A stretch of 64,000 bases of DNA from Phycisphaerae bacterium (lineage in GTDB: Bacteria > Planctomycetota > Phycisphaerae > UBA1845 > Fen-1342). This document shows positions 58,403 through 64,000 of the stretch, one piece after another (within the stretch, counting starts at the first letter, position 1; every line of letters starts with the position of its first letter). The position numbers were made by a program, and so were the translations under genes. A model generated the notes under the pieces. The model had not been told where the DNA came from. It was given only the letters and a program-made list of their open reading frames with translations, and ran no database searches. The stretch is from assembly GCA_963675745.2 (NCBI GenBank), contig CAXXWX010000003.1, positions 128,001 through 192,000 on the forward strand, read 5' to 3'.

Positions 58403-58603
58403 ATGGCACGCAAGATCCGATCGTTCCGTGTGGGTAAGGTCGCCGTCTATCTGCGAGGCAAAATCTGGTATCTGTGCTACCACGAGAACGGGCAGCGCCG
58501 CCGGCCGCGGGTTGGCGGCGACAAAGCCGAGCCGAACAAAAGCTACGACGCCAAGGCTGAGGAATGGAGGTCTCGGCTCGACCAATGGCGTGAACGACAG
58601 TAG
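58403..58603 (+). pseudogene. Truncated tyrosine-integrase N-terminus fused to an unrelated C-terminal tail
   Basis: SFRVGKVAVYLRGKIWYLCYHENGQRRRPRVG resembles an integrase arm-binding domain; 134 nt after tRNA-Ser and preceded by GTTTGTGGCGTT x2; no catalytic domain. Confidence 0.6.
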
Positions 58604-59167
58604 CGTCGGCGCCGTGCTCGAGTCTACCTGGCTGTGTGATGACGTCATAGCGACAGCCGCACGCAGACCACGTGAGAGAAGAGGAATACATGGGTAGCCG
58701 ACGGCCCGTCGCCGCACGGGAGTAAGGAGGTGGTCTGCGCCAGTCCGCCGGGCACCCTCGATACGCCCCCAAAAACACGCCCAGCAACACGCACACCCCC
58801 AACCAAAGGCATGCGGATGAACAATGCGGGCCAAGTTGATGCAGCTCGGTAGCCGCCGGGAGACTCTGCCGCCGGCGTACACCGGTGATGCAGGCCCCAA
58901 TCATCGGAATCGCGATGATTTCGCCACGATCGCTCAGTTCGGGTCGCTTAGGGGTGAATCGTAGTGGGTTGCCCAGGAGAGCACGAAACGCATCACCCGT
59001 TGTGAATCAACGAGGACGGAGTTTTCCGAAGGGACAGCTCCTCCGCGGCCCGGTCGCGCGAATCAGGGTTCCCTCGGCCCCGTCCGACGTGCTAGAATGC
59101 GTACTGGGAAATCAGGCCGCCGGAGCGGATGCGCTGGAATGCAGATTGGGTGACCCGGATGATGTTG

Positions 59168-61432
59168 ATGAGTTCGCGATTGCAAGCGTTTTCAGACTGT
59201 AGGCGAGGATGGTGGCTCATGGGGCTGCTGTTGACGCTCGCGATTGGGTTCAGCCCTGCCGTCGGCATTGAGACGCTGGTTGCCAGCTATGAGCCCACCG
59301 AGACGCAACTCACGGTGTCACCGGGCGGCGCGGATGCCGGGCTCACCGTGACGCGGGTGTTGGGTGGTGCCGGCGGCGCGCCAGCCGCCACGCATGGCGC
59401 ATATGTGCTGAAGGTCGCGTTCGAGGACGAGGATGGGAAGGTCGAGTACCGACAGGACTGGTTGACGCCCGCCTATTCGCTGGCCGGCTATGAGGCCTTG
59501 CTGGCCGACGTGTACATCGAGACCCCTTCGGCGCTGCCGGGCCTGATGGGCATCTGGTCGACCAACTGGAGTCCACCCGATGCCTGGGAACAAGCGACCG
59601 ATATCCCGACCACGACCGGGCAGTGGACGACTATCTCCGTCGACGTTTCCGACCGGGAGCAGATCGGGTTGAGCCAGATCTGGGCCTTCATCTTCCAGGA
59701 CATGCCCGGCACCGACGGTGTGGCGTATGTGGACAACCTGCGCCTGTACGGCGTCGCGCCAGATCCCGTGCCGGTGGAATTGGCTGCCAACGCTTTTGAG
59801 ACCCACACGGAATTGGTGTGGAAACTCAGCGCCGGCCCGCAGCCCAGCGGCTACAACATCTACCGTGCCGATAGCGAGGCCGGCCCATTCGTCAAGCTCA
59901 ACGCGACGCCGCACGGCGATACGTTCTATTCCGAGAGCATTGGTAGCCGTACGCAGCGCTACTACTACCGCGTGACGGCCGTATTCGGCGAGACCGAGAC
60001 CGATCCGTCAAGCACCATATCGGCCCGTTTCAATGGGCTCGAGGATGACGAACTGCTTGACTTGGTGCAGCAGGCGGCGTTTGGCTACTTCTGGTTCCAC
60101 GGTCACCCGACCTGCGGCGCGGCGCGCGACAGCTATAACGGCTGGGGCGACACCATCGCCAGTGGCGGCACGGGCATGGGCATCATGTCGATCATTGTCG
60201 CGGCCGAGCGTAACTTCATAACGCGTGCCGACGCCGCCGACCGCGTCCGGCTGATCTGTGAGTTCCTCGAAGACACCTCCGACCGTTTTCACGGCGCGTG
60301 GCCGCACTGGATCAACGGCACAACCGGCGCGACGATTCCGTTCAGCACGCATGACGACGGCGCGGACCTGGTCGAGACGTCGTACGTCGTACAAGGGCTA
60401 CTTACCGCCCGCCAGTACTTTGACGGCGCTGGCGCGGTTGAGACCGAGATTCGCACACGCGCCACGCGCATGTGGCAAGCGGTCGAATGGGATTGGTTCC
60501 TGCGTTACCCCGGCGGGCAGGTGCTCTATTGGCACTGGTCGCCGAACCACGGCTGGACGATGGACATGCCGATCACGGGCTACAACGAGGCCATGATCGC
60601 GTACCTGCTCGCGATCGCCTCGCCGACGCATCCGATCCCCGCGTCGGCGTACTACAACGGCTGGGCGAGTTCGCCCTGGTACGCCAATGGCAACGAGTAT
60701 TACGGCTATAAGCAGTGGGTCGGGCAGGCGCTGGGCGGGCCGCTGTTCTTCACGCATTATTCGGCGTTGGGGTTTGATCCGCGCTTCTGGCGTGACGCGT
60801 TCTGCAACTATTACGACAACAGCCGCAACATCTCGCTCATTCACCGGGCTTACAGCGCCGACAACCCGTCGGAATACGAGGGGTACAACCGCTGGGCGTG
60901 GGGGCTGACCGCGAGCGAGTCGCCGCCGCCGACGTGGTACAGCGCGCATTCGCCGGCGAACGACAACGGCACAGTTTCGCCGACCGCGGCGCTAAGCGCC
61001 ACGGCCTATACGCCAGACGAATCGCTGGCGGCGATGCGGTACTTCTACGACGTGTACGGAAGCGCCGGGCTGTGGGGGCCATACGGGTTTGTGGACGCGT
61101 TCAACCCGACGGAGAATTGGTACTCCACGAATTACCTCTCGATCGACGAGGGGCCGATCGTCATCATGATCGAGAACTATCGCAGCGGGTTGTGCTGGCG
61201 ACTGTTCATGTCCAACCCGGAGATCAAGTCGATGCTGGAGGCGATCGGCTGGACGCTCGACGGCGATCTCGACAGCGACAGCAACGTTGACGCGGCCGAC
61301 CTGAGCCTGTTCGCGGGCTGCATGACCGGCCCCGACGGAGTGACCGGCTGCCCGGCGGCCGATCTCGATCTGGACGCAGATGCCGATATGCTCGATTTTG
61401 AGCGTATCCAACGGGCCGTCGGGCAACCCTGA
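59168..61432 (+). CDS. Secreted GH144-like endo-beta-1,2-glucanase with N-terminal CBM-like/FN3 domains and C-terminal dockerin-like domain
   Basis: SGGTGMGIM, FHGAWPHW, DDGADLVETS, LYWHWSP, GYNE, GGPLFFTHYS, WGLTAS, YGFVDAFN, YLSIDEGPIVIMIENYRSG; start may instead be 59219. Confidence 0.85.
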   Translation: MSSRLQAFSDCRRGWWLMGLLLTLAIGFSPAVGIETLVASYEPTETQLTVSPGGADAGLTVTRVLGGAGGAPAATHGAYVLKVAFEDEDGKVEYRQDWLTPAYSLAGYEALLADVYIETPSALPGLMGIWSTNWSPPDAWEQATDIPTTTGQWTTISVDVSDREQIGLSQIWAFIFQDMPGTDGVAYVDNLRLYGVAPDPVPVELAANAFETHTELVWKLSAGPQPSGYNIYRADSEAGPFVKLNATPHGDTFYSESIGSRTQRYYYRVTAVFGETETDPSSTISARFNGLEDDELLDLVQQAAFGYFWFHGHPTCGAARDSYNGWGDTIASGGTGMGIMSIIVAAERNFITRADAADRVRLICEFLEDTSDRFHGAWPHWINGTTGATIPFSTHDDGADLVETSYVVQGLLTARQYFDGAGAVETEIRTRATRMWQAVEWDWFLRYPGGQVLYWHWSPNHGWTMDMPITGYNEAMIAYLLAIASPTHPIPASAYYNGWASSPWYANGNEYYGYKQWVGQALGGPLFFTHYSALGFDPRFWRDAFCNYYDNSRNISLIHRAYSADNPSEYEGYNRWAWGLTASESPPPTWYSAHSPANDNGTVSPTAALSATAYTPDESLAAMRYFYDVYGSAGLWGPYGFVDAFNPTENWYSTNYLSIDEGPIVIMIENYRSGLCWRLFMSNPEIKSMLEAIGWTLDGDLDSDSNVDAADLSLFAGCMTGPDGVTGCPAADLDLDADADMLDFERIQRAVGQP
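59181..59194. promoter_or_regulatory. LacI-family operator
   Basis: TGCAAGCGTTTTCA, similar to 62657-62670. Confidence 0.6.
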
Positions 61433-61602
61433 TTTACTCGACGGAGCGCCCCCCCCGCGTGGCGGCAGTTGGACGCGGCGACACATTCAGAGCCCGAGCG
61501 CACGGGCCAGGGCCACGGCGTGCGCGACCTCATAACTCGTTTTCGGGTGCGTGCTTCCGTCTGACGCTGTCGGCCTGAAGCCTGCCGCCGACACCGCGTT
61601 CC

Positions 61603-62619
61603 CTACGTTCGCGCGGCATGGCCGCATGATTCGCGTACGATCAGTTTGGGTGGAAGCGACAAGCGGCGCGGCGGCCGCTGCATGTCGCCGATGCGTCCGC
61701 AAAGCAACTCGATCGCCGCGGCGCCCATTTTCGACATCGGGACGCGCACGGTTGTGAGTGGCGGATGCGTCATGCGCGCCACGCGCGTGTCATCGAAACC
61801 GACAACCGACAACTCCCGGGGCACCACGATTCCGGCCGCGTTCGCGGCCGCAAGAATCCCCGCCGCCATCTCGTCGTTGGCGGCGAAGACACAATTACCA
61901 TCCCCGACCCAGCGCCGCACGTATCGCGTTCCCAGCTTATAGGCCGTTTCATATTCGTAATCGAGATGAAACACGTCGTGCGGATCGATTGCCAGGCCGG
62001 TCTCGGTGAGCACCTGACGATAGGCCTCGAATCTGGCAATCGTGTCCACGTTGGTTTCCTGCCCGCCGATGAACACGACCCGCCGCGCGCCGCACTCGTG
62101 GACGACATGACGCATAAGCGCCGCGGCCCCCTGGCGCTGGTCGATCACAACGTTGTCATGCGGCCTACCGTTGACATCGCCATCCAGGACGACGATGGGC
62201 AGGCGCACCTGGGCGAGCACCTCCTGCATACGGTCGGTCAGCTCGGACACCATGACGGCCATTCCGTCAAGCAGGGTGTGTCGTTGGATCGCATTCAGGA
62301 GCGGTTGGCTGTCATCACGGTCGCGGGCCGAGAAGACGACGAGGTTGTACCCAGAGTCGCGCGCCTGGATATTCGCCCCGCGGATGATCTCCGAATAGAA
62401 CTCGCCGTGCAGATCCGGGAGCACGAGGCCGACGATCTCGCTGCGGCGAAGCATGAGGCCGCGCGCGAAGGCATTGGGCCGATAGCCGAGCTCATTGATC
62501 GCAATTTCGACGCGGGCGCGCGTCTTCTTATTCACCAACTCGCTGCGATTGACCACACGCGAGACGGTGCTGATGGATACGCTGGCTCGCTTGGCAACAT
62601 CCGCGATCGAGACTGTCAT
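61603..62619 (-). CDS. LacI-family transcriptional regulator
   Basis: SIADVAKRASVSISTVSRVVN HTH, YRPNAFARGL, FAANDEMA, SVVGFDD, PPLTTV, LIVRESC. Confidence 0.96.
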   Translation of the reverse strand: MTVSIADVAKRASVSISTVSRVVNRSELVNKKTRARVEIAINELGYRPNAFARGLMLRRSEIVGLVLPDLHGEFYSEIIRGANIQARDSGYNLVVFSARDRDDSQPLLNAIQRHTLLDGMAVMVSELTDRMQEVLAQVRLPIVVLDGDVNGRPHDNVVIDQRQGAAALMRHVVHECGARRVVFIGGQETNVDTIARFEAYRQVLTETGLAIDPHDVFHLDYEYETAYKLGTRYVRRWVGDGNCVFAANDEMAAGILAAANAAGIVVPRELSVVGFDDTRVARMTHPPLTTVRVPMSKMGAAAIELLCGRIGDMQRPPRRLSLPPKLIVRESCGHAART

Positions 62620-62656
62620 GGTGCGACCTCATGCCCATCCACGCTGACGGTGTCGT

Positions 62657-62670
62657 TGACAGCGCTTTCA
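62657..62670. promoter_or_regulatory. LacI-family operator in divergent promoter
   Basis: TGACAGCGCTTTCA near-palindrome with central CG, between lacI and the glucanase gene. Confidence 0.75.
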
Positions 62671-62692
62671 TTCAAGGATACAGTCCCGGCCC

Positions 62693-64000
62693 ATGAAGTG
62701 TCAACTCCATGTCATCCCAGCACTTGTATCCACGGCACTCCTCTCGGCGTCATGTGTCGCCTCAACGCCGCCCGCCGATATTGTCGCGGCCCCAGGATCA
62801 CAAAACCCGGTGCCGCATACCTTCAGTCCCGCGGACGAGGCGTTGCTCGACGAGGTCCAGTATGCGTGTTTCCAGTACTTCTGGAAAGAGGTCGGCCATC
62901 CCGCCCAACTTGCCAAGGATCGCTACAAGGGTTCGGTTGGCAGCATCGCCTCCACTGGCTTTCAGCTGTCGGCATTGCCCATCGGCGTCGAGCGCAAATG
63001 GATCACGCGCGCCGCTGGCGAACGTCGGGCGCGTACTGTGCTCCAATCACTCATCGGGCGCGATGACAACAAGCGCTTCGGTGTGTACATCCACTACCCG
63101 GATTTGAATACCGGCGGGATGTCGCACGAAGGGTATGAATTGCTTGCCAGCACCGTGGACCACGCGCTACTCATGGCCGGGGCGATCACCGCGGCGCAGT
63201 ACTTCGGCGGCGAGGTGCGGACGCTGACCGATCGTCTGGTGGCGGAGACGAACTGGAAGGCCTTCGCGGTCGCGCCCGGCGGGTTCCTGTCGATGGGTTG
63301 GAAGCCCGACGATCCCACGCGGATGCAAGGGCCCGGCAAGTTCCACAAGGCAATTTGGTCGTGGGCCAGCGACGAGGAGCTGCTTGTGTACTTCCTCGCG
63401 GTGGGCGCGCCGCGTCCGGCGTACGCCGTCGAGCCGGAGAAGTACTACCGCCTGAAGCGGCTTGTGAAGGGCCACAAGGACATGCCACCCTATGTCGTAT
63501 CGTGGGGCGGATCGCTGTTCAACTACATCTTCGCCCACTGCTGGATCAACTATCGCACGCTGGGGCCGGATGATCCAACGCGGTTCAAGGTCGATGCGCC
63601 ACGCGTGGATTGGTATGAGAATTCACGGCGAGCGGTGCTGACACATCGGCGGCGCTGCGTCGAGCAGGCGGCGCGGTTCGCGACGTTGGCCGCGGATCGC
63701 TGGGGACAGAGCGCGTGCGCGTCGCACAAGGGCTACCTGGTGCCGCAAGTTCGCCCGAACGGCAGCGACAAAGATGAGTGGTTCGGAGGCACGCTCGCAC
63801 CGTATGCCGCCGCGTCGGCACTCATGTTCACACCGGCCGAGAGCATGGCGGCGATTCGGGCGTTCCGCGAACTGCGCGGCGTTGATGGCAAGCCGTTCGC
63901 CTGGCGCGACCCGGCGCAAGGTGGCTACGGTTTTGTCGATTCGTTCAACCTCGACGAGCAACAGGCCAGTGACGACTACGTGGGGATTGACCAGGGGCCG
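62693..64000 (+). CDS. Glucoamylase-like/SGL-clan (GH144-related) glycoside hydrolase lipoprotein, 3' truncated by window
   Basis: Frame from ATG 62693: lipobox LSASC, LLDEVQYACFQYFW, SIASTGFQLSALPIGVERKWITR, STVDHALL, GSLFNY, YGFVDSFN, YVGIDQGP at the window edge; absent from the ORF track because it has no stop. Confidence 0.85.
   Translation, partial: MKCQLHVIPALVSTALLSASCVASTPPADIVAAPGSQNPVPHTFSPADEALLDEVQYACFQYFWKEVGHPAQLAKDRYKGSVGSIASTGFQLSALPIGVERKWITRAAGERRARTVLQSLIGRDDNKRFGVYIHYPDLNTGGMSHEGYELLASTVDHALLMAGAITAAQYFGGEVRTLTDRLVAETNWKAFAVAPGGFLSMGWKPDDPTRMQGPGKFHKAIWSWASDEELLVYFLAVGAPRPAYAVEPEKYYRLKRLVKGHKDMPPYVVSWGGSLFNYIFAHCWINYRTLGPDDPTRFKVDAPRVDWYENSRRAVLTHRRRCVEQAARFATLAADRWGQSACASHKGYLVPQVRPNGSDKDEWFGGTLAPYAAASALMFTPAESMAAIRAFRELRGVDGKPFAWRDPAQGGYGFVDSFNLDEQQASDDYVGIDQGP

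Noticed and set aside
61765..63066. 433-aa plus-strand ORF
   Set aside because: Antisense to lacI and out of frame with the real hydrolase starting at 62693
58250..64000. Intact genomic island or prophage at tRNA-Ser including the glucanase locus
   Set aside because: No duplicate of the tRNA 3' end found in the window, no catalytic integrase and no phage genes

Overview
GC-rich bacterial chromosomal segment, most likely from a Planctomycetota (class Phycisphaerae) genome. This is an inference from DUF1559-type prepilin proteins, a planctomycete-type ECF sigma, dockerin-like C-termini and membrane proteins ending in CxxCGY-L...CPECG. Housekeeping content: lnt, glyA, a pteridine reductase-like SDR, truA, RNase P RNA, tatC, tRNA-Phe/Ala/Ser, a SUI1/YciH-like factor, an Uup-like ABC-F and an aldo/keto reductase. 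Other genes include a Wza-exosortase-EpsI-giant TPR-Wzc envelope cluster, two tandem dynamin/Era-like GTPases, a MutS-like gene, a beta-CASP nuclease, a C10 peptidase, a zinc-ribbon Ser/Thr kinase, and a LacI locus with two beta-1,2-glucanase-like (GH144/SGL-clan) genes carrying matching operators. The second of these is cut by the window end and is missing from the ORF track. Most notable observations: (1) a single ORF fusing an SbcD/Mre11 nuclease to a UvrC/Cho-type GIY-YIG nuclease; (2) an orphan Rhs toxin/immunity array whose core carries an embedded dockerin-like domain and in-frame palindromic (REP-like) insertions that differ between copies; (3) a chimeric duplication joining the rnpB promoter to a GTPase gene tail; (4) a collapsed island remnant at tRNA-Ser. 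Three genes are interrupted by frameshifts that may be sequencing errors. No CRISPR array, rRNA or intact transposase was seen.
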